NCBI RefSeq assembly: GCF_036321535.1
Contig: NC_087436.1
Span: 20,462,001 to 20,526,000 of the forward strand
DNA length: 64,000 bases
Source of the DNA: Camelus dromedarius
Taxonomy: Eukaryota
Reading direction: 5' to 3'
Part shown: one piece after another, positions 11,630 to 24,497 of the stretch
Layout: every line of letters starts with the position of its first letter
Numbering within the stretch: position 1 is the first letter of the stretch
Notes under the pieces: model-generated
The model's database searches: none
Told to the model about the DNA's origin: nothing
Seen by the model: the letters and a program-made list of their open reading frames with translations, nothing else
Made by a program: the position numbers and the translations under genes

Positions 11630-12350
11630 TTGATACTTAAAATTGTCTAATTTCCCCCCCAAAGACCAGAATAATATATGCTTATTGTAAAACATTAATC
11701 AGAAAATATAGAAATCATAAAGAAGAAAACAAGGATCTCCCATAGTTCCACCCCACCAAAATAGTCACTTTTACTGTTCTCATATGATTCTACCTGTGCC
11801 TTTTTCTATGTATACCTATATATAGGTTTATATGACTTTAAAACTTTTTTGTTTTTCCCAAAATGCAATTCTTTTTAATATTCTGTTTTGTAATCTGCTT
11901 TTTCCCTACTTTAACTATCTATCTGTGTGCATCTTAAATCGTTGTGTAGGATTTCATTGGATTTGTATAATGTAGTTTGTTTACCTAATTCCCTATTGGA
12001 TGGACATTTAGGTTATTTATAATTTTTCAGCAATTCAGCTGCAAGATCATGAACATTTTTCTTCATCCGTTTTAGAGTAGTTATGTTATTTATTTTCTTT
12101 TAATGCATTCTTAGAAGTTGAATTTGTGGGTCAAAGACTGTGTCTTCCTAGTGGCTAGGAAAGTACCTTTTTCTCATCAAATTTGAGTATTATTAATTAT
12201 TTTCATATTTCCCAATATGATAAAAAACTAATATCTGTATATTTTAATTTCTTTTTCTTTAATTATTAGAGATTGAACATATTTTCATGTTTTTTGGCCA
12301 CTTGCAGCTTTCTGAGATTAATTTTTTTCTGTAATCTTTGCTTATTTTTC
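11630..12350 (-). mobile_element. Ancient L1 (L1ME-like) fragment
   Basis: cctattggatggacatttaggttattt..gattgaacatattttcatg. Confidence 0.6.
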
Positions 12351-12864
12351 TAAGGTATATATTTTAAAATAGCAAAATTTTATTTCTTGCATTAAATGAT
12401 AAGATTATACTTTCTATTTTTAAAAAGACCATTTTTCTCCTTGCTAGACTTAGTTTCTCACTTAGATAGTTATTTTCAAGTATTAACATAGGAAATTAAG
12501 TAATTAACTGTTAACTAGTCAAGCTTGTTAGAATAATTTCTTTGTCTAGAATACAGATGAGGAGAACTGAAATCTTTGATGCTTGTTTGCACTCTAAGGT
12601 AGCTATTTTGGCTTAACTGTTCCTTTTTTGCTCACATCTGGTTCTTGACCATGTTCTAGGTAAGAGATGTCTGTACAAGTAACATGTGTATCTTTTTTTT
12701 TACATGTGCTTCATTTCCATCATTGCTAAAATTAAAGAAAATGGAAATTATTGATTCAGATACTCATTTTAGCAAACTGTGACTTTTAAAATCAGAATAA
12801 GATGTTTTGGATATAATCTTTCCGCATGATAAAAGGCACATTGTTTTTACTTTATTGCTTTTAG

Positions 12865-12985
12865 AAGAAAAACAACAGTGAAGACATTATGTATTTATGC
12901 GGACTACAAATCTGATGAAAGCTATACTCCAAGCAAGATCTCAGTCAGAGTGGGAAATAATTTTCACAATCTTCAAGAAATTCGG
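12865..12985 (+). CDS. ANAPC10: ANAPC10 coding exon 3 (121 nt)
   Basis: ttgcttttag| acceptor; translates (R)RKTTVKTLCIYADYKSDESYTPSKISVRVGNNFHNLQEIR; donor CGG|gtatgt. Confidence 0.98.
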
Positions 12986-13169
12986 GTATGTCTTTAAAAT
13001 TTTAAAAAATATTTTGTCCTGTAATTCTTGCTCTCAAGAAGATAGTCACCTTTGACATTAAATTAGTCAGATTAAAATGTTAATATATAAAAGGAAAATT
13101 GTTAATATCTAAGAAAACATTTAAAATTTTTAGTATTTTTAATATTCTTTTGAATTCTGATTATCATCT

Positions 13170-14050
13170 TTTTTCCTCAATATTTTATTATGGAAATTTT
13201 CAGATGTACAGAAAAGCTGAAAGAATTATATAGTGAACCCCAGTTTACTCACATCCTAGATTTTACAGTTGTTAAAGTTTTGCTATATTGCTTTATTATA
13301 CTCTGTCGATTAACTAATTATTATGTGCATTTCAAAGTGATTTCCATGTATTTGTACACATCACTCCAAATACTTTAGCATGATATATAGCTAGGGTTAT
13401 TAATACTTGCTTGAAGTTCATTTTTTAAGGTAAAATTTATATAAATTTTATACAAATCTTAAGTATAATGTTGGTGAGTTTTAACAAATGCATATATATC
13501 TGTGTAACCCCAAATCCTGTTAAGATATAGAACATTTCTGTTACCCCAGAAAATTCCCTCGTATCCCTTTTTAGTCAGTTTCCATCTCTGTCCTGCCCTT
13601 AGACATAACTGTTTTTCTGATTTTATTTATTTATTCATTCATTCATTCCATAGATCAGTTTTCCCTGTTCTAGAATGTCATGTAAATGGAATCATACGGG
13701 GTATACCTTCATGTAAGGCCTCTTTCACTCAGCCTAATATTTTTTAAAGTAAATAAGAATTTAATATTTATTATGCATGTTTATACAGTATTAAAATAAT
13801 GCTGAGTAAGTAACACAGATATTTTCCAAAAACACTGCAAAAAAGGTGAAGATAAAATTGTAGGAATGATACATGATCAATGTTACTCATTATTAAAAAT
13901 ATAGTCATCTATCTTTTAAACAGATTTGAATTTGTGGATTTCTACATGAACCAAAACATTTTTTCATCCATCATTGCATGTATCTTTGCTTCATTTTTTT
14001 TCATTACTGAGTTTAGTCCATTATTTGAATATACCACAATTTATTTATCC
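13170..14050 (-). mobile_element. L1MB/ME 3' fragments, interrupted by a roughly 200-bp insert
   Basis: aagatatagaacattt..tagaatgtcatgtaaatggaatcatac..tttcactcagc | ttcatccatcattgcatg..ataccacaatttattt. Confidence 0.7.
13740..13950 (-). pseudogene. Putative retrocopied mRNA 3' end (parent unknown)
   Basis: Non-L1 insert with minus-strand AATAAA (13772-13767) about 21 nt before a short A-run, and a degenerate TSD. Confidence 0.5.
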
Positions 14051-15102
14051 TTGATAACTTTTTGAAGCCAATAGGACAATGTTTTTGTGATCTGAATTTT
14101 ATTAGTCCCAGAATATTTACATTGCAGAGATAGCTTCAATGATTTTGAACTGTATACTTGGAAAGTTCTGGCCCTTAGCATTTTTCTTGTCAGAAAATCT
14201 TTGAGCTCAAATAATCATTAAAATCTTTTAAATTAGGTGGTTCTAAGATTTACGGGAAGGATCTGTGATTTTTGAAAGCTTTCCAGTTTTGTGGCCTGGA
14301 CTCTTGCGTGACTTAGTCTTTATGTTTAAATCCTATCTCTACATTTACTTCTTCCCTGAGTTATAATAAAATACTTAATAAAAACCACATATACTTTCAT
14401 TGTTTCCTCATTAGGTGCAGTGTTGTTCTTCTGTGAAATTTGCTTATGTATTAACAAATAATAAGTAAGGACATTGTCCACAGGTATTTTTGTTTTATTT
14501 GTTTTTTGTCCTTTGAGATAAGTTCATTGCTTTTTAAGACAATTACCTAGACAGTTATCTTCCTTTACTTTTAAAAAAATAATCCTATGAATTTTCTTGA
14601 GAACCAGTTTGGTTTTGAAAAATTGTCATAAATTATATAGTCTTCTTTTAGTTTAAAACCATTTCTTATTTTGTTTGACAGACTGTACAGGTTAAAACAT
14701 ACTTCCCATGTTTGAATAAATTCATAAATAGATCAGCTCCTGATTTTCGTCATTTAAATTTTTTTTCACTTTTTACTTTTTGAATTGAGAACCTTTAAAT
14801 TCTTTTATTATCATAATCATATTAGACCATTTGCTAATCCTTCTTTTGGTCATGTATTTGATACATTTAATCAGTGTTCAGTGCTTTAAAGACTTGAGAT
14901 AGTTACTTCTTATACTTTGTTAAACATTTTATATTTATTGCATGATTGGGCCACTCATATTGAGAAGCGTTTTCGGAGCAGAGTCAGCTTGTTTTGGTTT
15001 AAAACTGAAGATTTGTCATATAATTCTTCAGATAGGTTGAAATATGTCAAACACGAGAAATAAGTTTTGATCCAAACTATGTGTTGTATATATTTGTATT
15101 GT

Positions 15103-15116
15103 CCACTAGATGTCAG
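15103..15116 (+). promoter_or_regulatory. CTCF-like binding motif
   Basis: CCACTAGATGTCAG, one deviation from CCASYAGRKGGCRS, in apparently unique sequence. Confidence 0.55.
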
Positions 15117-17235
15117 TATTGTCCTTTAATTGCTGGCCTCAGAGCCTAGTGATAAGTTCAAGGCCTCGAGTAGTCTTAGTTGTACTAGTTTTTCCTAGAG
15201 TATTCAAAAATTCTTTACTGCATTTTGGGAATGATGCACCTTCATAATGATTTCTAGATTTATGTATCAAATATATGTTTGTATTTTGTTAAATAGAGAA
15301 ACTTTAAATGATATTTGTACCGTTGTGGAATATTTTTAATCTAGTCTTTGCTTCTACTATATCATTTAAGTGCTGAAACATTAGCCATATAGAATAAAGG
15401 CTCTTTTAAATAGTCTCTTAATTTTATTCTAAGTGTGTTTATATTTCTGTGTAGTGACCACATAGCCCCATGAGACCAGTAATACTAATATTACCAGGTG
15501 ATAATGTAAGTTGTTTTCCTGAAAAACTTAATGAACATACTGCTTTTCTGCCACAGTTCTCACTAAGGAACCATAATTTTTGGATTTTGCTTTAAAATAT
15601 TAGTGCTGCCTTTGCAGCTCATGGTATATAAGGATACTTTTATCTTTTGATTATACATCTTTATATGTGATTGATTCTGTTTGCCTTTTTTCTTTTCTAA
15701 GTTAAAGAAATTAAGAATCTGATAGCACTTTGTTTTTAAGGAAAGATAAGAAGATCATGATTTTATTTTCTTACATTACTCCTCTCTAACATCCAAATTG
15801 TTATCTTTTTAAAAAATCTTTGCTTCTTGTAACTCAGATATTAAGACAAGTGATTAAAATAGTGTGAAGTTTTATGAGGTTTTTAGAACCATCATTTCAT
15901 TAGTTATAGGACTGATTTAACTGAGTGGAAAATCCAACTAAATCTTTTTATATTTTTCCATGGATGCTTGCCCACTGGAGGGTGTAGTATGTATTGGAGT
16001 GTTTTAAGAGGTTTTCCTTTTTTACTAGAAATTATGAATTTGTTTACTTGAGACACTCCAAACTTATTTTCTGTGACTTTATTATTGATTTACAATAGTA
16101 ACTTTAAAAAATTTTAGTTCAGGATGAAAAGAACAAATAGTTACCCTATTTACCCAAAGATTATTCTTTTTCTCTCGTATGTTTTCCTTCACTTCAGTTA
16201 TGAAGCATAATATTATATGTAGGTCTTTGTTACCTCTGTTGAAAAATCTCTACAAAGAGATCAGGCCCTTCCTTTACTACTCTAGAATGCGTATTTTAAC
16301 CTCTATACCTGAGGAAGGACCTAGAATTAAAACAGAAATGAAGTTTAGACTTTCTGCTTAATGATTGCAAGATACTAAAACTGAATTTGGCCAATTAGAA
16401 CATGTTTTGGCATCAGAGTTGAATTTATTTATGCTGCTCATTCTACTTTCTTGTTTTCGAAATTATCTATCCTACACAAATGGGAAACCAACAACCTAAG
16501 AACATTTTACAGGATGTTTATGATTTGTTGCTTCTGCATGGGAAACTTTCTATATAGAAGTGAGAATTTAGCATTTCAGAGTCTTTGTATCATTATCTTT
16601 TCAGAATCCTTCATCTCAGTTTTGTTGCTTTTATGCAGGAAATCATGCTCATGTTGTCCAGAAAGTTATTTAGGAGATGATTTCAAATAAAGATATGGTT
16701 GCTTTTTAAATGTTTAAATCCTTCATATTTAACATTATGTTCTGGTTTAACATTGTTCATTTCCTTTGCTCTCAGAAGGGAAAATATGTGTGAAGGAAAT
16801 TTTTTTGTCATTTAGCGTGAGAAACCAAAGAATACTATATTATTAATTGTGCCCATTTTAACATTTTAGAAAGCATCTCCAGCTAAAATCCAAGAAAACT
16901 TAAAGTCCTTTTCAATTTGCTAGCTAGTTATTTCTTTTCTTAAAAAACTATTGTAGAAATTTTTGTTCTTAAATATAAAGTCATTCATTGGACATACAGT
17001 GACAGCTCTCAAAATTATTTCTGTGCAGTTCATGAAAAACAACTTGTTAACTTAAGGTTAAGCAGATATTTGTAGCATTTGTGAAAGCTGTCCTTTGGTT
17101 CATTGTTAGCATTTTGCTTCCAAAATATGTAGCCACAAAGGGGTAAAATACTGATGGAACACAAGATTGAGCTCTTAAGTGAATTTAAGCCTTGTTTTTG
17201 TCTTCAGATAATAAAGCTGTTACCACGTTGTTTTT

Positions 17236-17237
<2 letters not shown>

Positions 17238-17266
<29 letters not shown>
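17238..17266. repeat. Poly-T (29)
   Basis: Read directly. Confidence 0.95.
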
Positions 17267-17270
<4 letters not shown>

Positions 17271-18069
17271 GGGGGCTTGAAACAAGTCTTTGATGTTAGG
17301 AGAGCTGTAATGATATTTTCCTTTTCTTCCATGTGGGTGAGCATTTTGGCTCTCCCCCTTGTGTCTTAAATCAGTCGCATGGCAATGGGAGTCCATATAT
17401 GGTACTTTGACAGAAGTGGTTAATAAGTCAGCTCTTCTGTTAAAATAACATTTAGTATTATAATTTGGGTTCCATTAATGTGTGTGGTAGAATAAGGAGA
17501 TGCGGACAAAGGCTCTGACTCTATCCATTGTTCCTAAAATCTACTTACATTTACTTTCTTTTGAGGGGCCTATTTTAAACAATTTGATATAAAGTAGAAT
17601 GATTTAGGAAGTATCTACAAACATAAATTGGTTTGGTAAGACAGAGTGTTTAATTTATTGAGCCTTTGGAAAAAATAGTTTTTATTGAATTTAGCTAATT
17701 TAAAAGAAAATATTTTTTAAGTTAGTTTTTATAACTAACTTCAGGGTATCTTTGAAATGAGTGTAGAATGTTTTGGTGTGGTACACAGAATTTTTAGGCT
17801 AGAAATATTGCTGTCTTTTATCTCTCTCTAACATAAGCAATTAAAAAATTATTTGTAATTATATTCGTTACTAATTTCTGAAATGGAGTTGAAGTAACTA
17901 TGCGTTTGGGGTACGTTTCCTTTTGAAACTAAAGTATCTTACACAGTAGAATATCATGTATTTTTAAGAGAGAAACATTATTGTATCTCTTGTTTTTTGT
18001 TTGACCTCAAAGTTAGACTATAGATTTTTTTTGAGTATTCTTGGCATTCCCATACAAGACAGATTCACG

Positions 18070-19330
18070 CTTTCTTCAGTAAATATTTATTTAGGGCCTG
18101 CTTAGTGCCAGGCACTGTTAGGTACTCAGAACGCAGCAAAGATAGTCACTGTCTTTGCCCTTAAGCACTTCATAGTCTGGTGGAAGAGACAGGCAAAGAA
18201 ATCAACAATTACAGTATAGTCTAGTAAGTTCATACAGGAGGTGTGGGAACACAGTAGAATATTAGGAATAAGAGTTTAAAATTTTTTTCTTAAAGAAGTG
18301 ATGGTTCAATTGAATCTTAAGGATAAATATGAAGCCTACTCAGGTGGAGGATAAAGTGGAGGCGTTATGAAAGGGGGCATGACGCATGTAAAGGTATGGA
18401 AACATGCGGGCATGGTGTAATGGCGGAACTGTTAGTAAAGTATGCCTGGAAGCTGGGTGGGTGTGAGGAAGCAGCAAGAAAGACCCGAGGAGTATTTATT
18501 CATTCAGCATATTTACTGTGATAGTGACGGTAATGTGGCCAATGTACAATAAGGAGTTTACATTCTTGCAGGGAATACATATGTTATTGTTCCTGTGAAA
18601 ATATATAGGCAAAAGTCAGATTGTGCTTACTGCCAGACTTTTTAGGGGGTTCAGATTTTCAATGAGGACACACTGATAAAGGTAAACCTTGGGAATGATG
18701 GGGCTGGAGCCATGTGAAGAGCAGATACGTGGTATCCAGGTGAAAATGATGAGGATTTAACTAAGGCTGTGGCAGTTGGGTTCAAGAGGAAGGGAATGTA
18801 TTTGAAAAAGAATCAAAAGGACTGGTGACTGATTGCTATCTGGGGTTTACTGGGACTATGGCTAGGCGGTTCAAGTAGGTAGAAGGTGACATCTTGGATT
18901 CTTCTCACATCTGGCAACTAGTTGAATGTTGTGATTAATCAGAAATGGAATACAGAGTTAAGGAACACTGTGGGTAGGGATGGAGAGAAAGGTTGAGCTA
19001 ATCAGATTAACTTTTGCCACTGATTTCTGGTATCTTTTCAGATGGACAACTTTTCAGTGGGTGGTCAGGTATACGGAGGATTCAAGCCTGAAGAAAGAAG
19101 CCTAGGTTAGAGGCATAGATTTGGGGATCACCCATGTGTAAGTAGAAGCTTAGGTGTGAGTTTTGATTTCATTCAGGGAGTGTGTATAGTTGAAAAGAAG
19201 AGTACCAGGGCTGGAATTATGGAAATGTTGATATTCAAGGATTGGGTAGAAAAGGATCATCTGATGAAAAAGGTTGAGAGGAACTGCCAGAGATGAAAAA
19301 AAATCAAGAGAACGTGTTGTCACAGAGGCT
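18070..19330 (-). mobile_element. L2 LINE remnant
   Basis: ttcagtaaatatttatttagggcctgcttagtgccaggcactgttaggtact 3'-end signature followed by a purine-rich L2 body. Confidence 0.75.
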
Positions 19331-19724
19331 GATAATGGTCAGGAATCCAGTTAGCCAGGGACTGCAAAGTTTCCTTCCTAAGCCTGTGTTACATGTTGCA
19401 CTAGGCAGTTTATTCAATGCAGTTCTGAACTAAGACAGTTCTTGCGAGCAGTTTAACCACTTGTTAGTGTAAGGTTTCTAAATTTATAGATTTGAGACTA
19501 ATGAAGGTACTCACTTTAATAGCAGGAATTCCAGCTTGTCCTGTCATAGTGTTTGTGCCAGGTAAGAAAATTCTTGTTTTGTTTCATAATGCTTTGGATT
19601 GGGAGGCTTTGTGCTCTGATGCCTGCTTAATGGGGACTATGAAGTTGATGAGGGTTCTTTCAGGAGCATTGTCCTGTGAGGGCGTTTTTTTCAAGTGCTC
19701 TTTCACATGGAAGACCTACACTGG

Positions 19725-19725
<1 letters not shown>

Positions 19726-19757
<32 letters not shown>
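19726..19757. repeat. (TG)16 microsatellite
   Basis: Read directly. Confidence 0.95.
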
Positions 19758-19759
<2 letters not shown>

Positions 19760-20129
19760 CAGAATGACAGTAGTAACAACCAAGGGCAAAGAAAACAAAC
19801 AAACAAAAATTTAGAAAACCTTTATTTAACCCCATGGCAGAATATAATACAATAGAAATATGTGTTTTATTTAGAGATGTGAAAATGAGATATAGGTATC
19901 AATTCCTTTTTAATGTATAAGGAAAGCCTGCTGAGTGAGTACAGCCAGTTGAACAGCTAGGGCACCTGGCTGAGAACCTGGTACATTGTTGGAAACAGTA
20001 GGCATTTAATAAAAAGTTGTCAAATAAATATACCAGCTGTCAGTCTGTAGGCTTACCATTGACCCGTTCTTGTGTAGTTTGCTTCAGTAAGATTATCTGA
20101 ACAAATCTGATTCCTTCTCTCAGAAAAAA

Positions 20130-20690
20130 ATTTTAAAATTTTTAATCGTGATTTAAAAAATTTGTTGTCTTAACATTTTTAAGTGTACAGTCTGGTAGTG
20201 TTAAGTATATTCACATTGTTGTATAACAGAACTTCAGAACTTCTCATCCTGCAGAACTGAAAATCCGTATCTGTTAAGCAGCTCCTCTTCATTTCCTCCT
20301 CACCCTTCTACCAACCCCTGCTTTCTGTCTCTGAATTTGCTACCTTAGATCTCTCGTTTAAGTGAATTCATACAGTATTTGTCTTTTTATGCCTGGCTTA
20401 TTTCCCTTAGGACAGTGTCTTTGAGGCTCATTCAGGTTATAGCGTGTGACAGGATTTCTTTCCTTTTTTGAGGCTAACTCATATTCCGTTGTATGTATAG
20501 ACCACGCAATATTTATCCATCCAACAGTGAAAACTCGGGTTGCTCCCACCTCTTCACTATTGTGAGTGATGCCTCGATGAACATGGGTGGGCCTTGAGAC
20601 CCTGCTTTCAGTTCTTTGTGGTATAAACCCAGAAATGGGATTGTGGAATCCCATGGGAGTTCTATTTTTAATTCTTTGCATCTCTCGGAA
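20130..20690 (-). mobile_element. L1MA/MB 3' end
   Basis: taacatttttaagtgtacagt..ttaagtatattcacattgttgt; ORF remnant LKIELPWDSTIPFLGLYHKELK..MFIEASLTIVKRWEQP. Confidence 0.85.
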
Positions 20691-21634
20691 GTATGACTCA
20701 CAAGAAACAGGCAAGTTAGCAGCAAGACTTGATGCAGAAAGAGACTGATTTGGGGAAGGTGGGGATGGGGAAGGGCCTTGTACCAACTGAAGCTTTACAG
20801 TTAGAAGAATATAAACTATGAGGTATGGAAGGAGGCAGGATGGTGTCTAATGAGTAGAATGGATGCAGGGACAGAGACACATAACCGGGAGAAAGAAAAA
20901 TGGGCTGGAACAAGTGGCTGGGCCCCAGCATGCTTCATCTCCTGAGCTCTCTGATAGCTGGTGCTTGATTTTCTCCTGGGTTCCCATGGATATGTAAACT
21001 TTGCAGTAAACCCCCTCTTCCTGTAGAAACTTTTGATTGAATTTTTATACTTAGCAACTAAAATGACCCTGATTAGAACAGTAGTAGCAGCAGAAAGAGC
21101 TGCAGCAAATCTTGCCCAAAAAATAACTGCTAAAAATTTTTATCACACTTTAAAACTATATCTAATTGAGGTGAGCCACTTCAGGACTTTCATTTTTTTT
21201 CTCAGCCTCTTATTTGACATGTGGTAAATGAACACTTAGTAATCTCCAAAAATTAGAGGCAGATAGTTGACTTTTTTGAAGGGACAACCGTTGCATTTGG
21301 AAGAGAAGAATCAGCATGTCAGTTTTGATTTAGATTGAATCAACCATCACAGAATCATTTTTGAATCATTATGTTCACCATTATTTGTGTTTATTGTTAC
21401 GTCTATTTGTCAGACACTTTCTACATGCATGTCTCCACTCACGATTTCATTTTGTTGCAAATCTCACGTGGTAATCAGATGTTATTATCATCTCCATATT
21501 CAAGTCAAGCTGAAACTTAGGTGAAATGGACCTTTTGCTATGTGGCTCACTCTAAATGGGAGAATGACAGAGTGACAATGTCCAGAGGGGACAGCCACTG
21601 TTCAGTTGCTGTCTTTCTCACCACAGAGAATGTA

Positions 21635-21783
21635 GGCCCCGCGTTGCCAATAGTATAATTTTTAAGAGAAATTAGAAATCTCGATTTGAGTATGAAATTT
21701 CCCAATTTTTAAAACGTGCTGGGCAAACAAGGTATATCCACAGCCTGGATGTGGCCAAAGGGTCACCAGTTAGCAACTTCTGA
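21635..21783 (-). mobile_element. hAT fragment, MER102-like
   Basis: Minus strand begins cagaagttgctaactggtgaccctttggccacatccaggctg, resembling the MER102 terminus. Confidence 0.5.
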
Positions 21784-22882
21784 TCAAGTACAGTGCCATT
21801 ATTTTACAAATGGGACACTGAGAGGTGAAGTGAGCTGCCAGTGTCACACAGCAAGTCAGTGCTTTAGCTGGGAATCAACATGCAATACGTATTCCTTCCA
21901 TTATTTCCTTAAAATCACATTGGATTACAAGTTACCAGAGCCTTTCTTCAAGTTTTTCAGAAAAATTGATGTGTGTAGCCGAGGAAATGAGCTAGTGAAT
22001 GATGGGATGAGTTAACTATTGATTTTTGAAATGAATTTAAAAATTGCTTACTTCCTTGATATATCCTGTTGAAAACTGATTGATAGTCGTAATGCTAATG
22101 ATTTCGGCATAAACGTTTATAAATACTTGCTTTTCTTTCTGCTGATTGCTTTTGCTTAATGATTTTATAAAGAGCTTTAAACAATGTAATTTCAGGAATG
22201 AAATTTCTAAGGAAAAAAAGAAAATAATCTCCAAGTTTCAGAGTAAAAGGGTGAGAATATTAGAGTGGAAACTCTGGGAATATAAGCCCATTGATACCTT
22301 CTTCTGTGACCATTTAACCTTCATTAAGAAAAATCATCACACAAGGGTTTGTAGGTTTTGAAGAGAGGAGGTCTTTCCTCTTGTATTTGTGATTATAGTT
22401 GATGGGAGAAGACAGAAACAGTAGCCCGACTATCTCAGTACCATTTTTAGAACAAATTGTCTACTTTGTAATTAGCTGAGGAATAATCAGCTAATTAAAT
22501 GCCCATAGCTAGCCTTGATCTCTAGTGCTTAATTAAGTAGGACAGAGACACTCAGCAGAGGAGACCCTCAAGTTACTTCTAATGGAAAAAAAGATCTAGA
22601 ATCAGTCTGAGTGATACAATAACTTTGAGACAGTAGTAGGGAGATTATTTAGATAATATGTTAGCTATCTAATGATTTTTATTGTCTAAAGTCTTTTATC
22701 TTGTTCTGAATTAATATGGTATTTCCTATGCAGCTGTGTAAATTTACTATTGCTTATTTTTGATAGTGAAGGTTATAAATTTTTGTTCTGGGTCTTATAT
22801 AATCCATAGATTCCCATTCTTTACCACCAAATGAACAAATTATCACATAGTGACAGACACCCCAGATTGAAATATATAATAT

Positions 22883-24140
22883 CAAGAGAATGAGAAGACA
22901 AGCCACAGACTGGGAGAAAATATTTGCAAAAGACACATCTCATAAAGGACTTTTATCCAAAATATACAAAGAATCTTCAAAACTTAATAAGAAAACAAAC
23001 AACCTGATTTTAAAAATGGGCCAAAGACCTTAATAGACATCTCACCAAAGAAGATACAGAATACACATAAACATATGAAAAGATGCTCCACGTCACATGT
23101 CATCAGGGAAGCACAGATTTAAATGAGATGCCATTACACACTTTATTAGAATGGCCAAATCCAGAGCACTTACAGTACCCACTGCTGGCTAGGATGTGGA
23201 GCAACGGGAACTCTCATTCATTGCTGGTGGGAATGCAAGATGGTAAAGTCACTTTGGAAGACAGTTTGGTAGTTTCTTAGAAAATTAAAAATACTCTTAC
23301 CATATGATCCAGCAATCATGTGCTTCACTATTTACTCAGAATAATTGAAAACTAGGGGTGGGGATGGGTGGTGGTAGAGCATGTGCTTAGCATGCATGAG
23401 GTCCTGGGTTCAATCCCCAGTACCTCCATTAAAAAAATGATTAAAAAAAAAGAGTTGATAGCTTATATCCACATAAAGTTCTGCTTACGGAGGCTTACTG
23501 CAGTTTTATTCACAATAGCCAAAATTTGGAAGCAACCAAGACTTCCCTCAATAGGTGAATGAATAGATAAACTGTGCTACATCCAGACAGTAGAATATTA
23601 TTCAATGTTAAAGAGACATGAATTCTCAAGCCATGAAAAGACATGGAGGAACCTTAAACACATATTCCTAAGTGAAAGAAGCTAATCTGAGAAGGCTACA
23701 TACTTTTTGTACATACATAATTTTAACTATGTGACATTCTGGAAAGGCAAAACCATGGAGACAGAAGATTAGGGATTGCCAGGAATTGGGGGTGGTGGGA
23801 AGGATGAATAAATGGAGCAGAGAGGATTTTTAGGGCAGTGAAAATATCCCATATGATACTATCACTATGGGTACATGTCATTATACATTTGTCCAAATCC
23901 ATAAAATGTACAACATCAAGAGTGAACCCTAATGTATACTTCAGATTTCAGGTAATTATGATGTATCAGTGTAGGTTCACCCTTGGTAACAAATGTCCCA
24001 CTCTGGGTGGTCGGGGGATGACAATGGAGGAGGTCATGCGTATGTGGGGATAGGGGATATGGGAAATCTCTTTACCTTCATCTTCATCTTGCTGTGAATC
24101 TAAAACTGCTTTAAAAATCGTCTTTTTTTAAAAAAAGAAA
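22883..24140 (+). mobile_element. L1MB/MC 3' fragment (ORF2 end, 3'UTR, A-tail), interrupted by a SINE
   Basis: agacaagccacagactgggagaaaatatttgcaaa..catatgatccagcaatc..gtgaaccctaatgta..gctgtgaatctaaaactgct. Confidence 0.9.
23355..23451 (+). mobile_element. tRNA-Ala-derived SINE (camelid Vic-1-like)
   Basis: gtggtagagcatgtgcttagcatgcatgaggtcctgggttcaatccccagtacctcca plus A-rich tail; B box GGTTCAATCCC; inserted within an L1. Confidence 0.85.
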
Positions 24141-24440
24141 ACATGTGCCATATTGTCTGTCTCTCTCCCCACCACTCAGGGTAAGCAGTTTTCTTAGGGT
24201 TTAACTGGCACATTGAGCTCATATAAAGTAATAATTATAGCACATTGACAACTTCTGTTTTTCCTGTTTCTTTCCTGACATAATGTACTTGCTGCTAAGC
24301 AAATGAGATTCCATAATAATAAATACCTTGATATTTTCTCTGTAGGAAAACATCTCCAATTTTATAACAGGAGTCAATAAAAAAATTATAACAGGGACTT
24401 TCATAGCCAGTAACCACTAAAATGCTATTTTAGTATATTT

Positions 24441-24497
24441 TTTGTATATATATATTTTTTTTTATTGAAGTATAGTCAGCTTGCAATGTTGTGTCAG
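24441..24497 (-). mobile_element. 57-bp L1 3'-terminal micro-insertion with TSD
   Basis: T/TA tail plus tttattgaagtatagtcagcttgcaatgttgtgtcag; perfect 13-bp TSD ttttagtatattt at 24428-24440 and 24498-24510. Confidence 0.8.

Noticed and set aside
17719..17741. Hairpin aagttagtt-N5-aactaactt
   Set aside because: Short, AT-rich and plausible by chance.
23370..23428. Functional tRNA-Ala gene
   Set aside because: 5' acceptor stem and A box are degenerate, an A-tail follows, and it is inserted in an L1, so it is a SINE.
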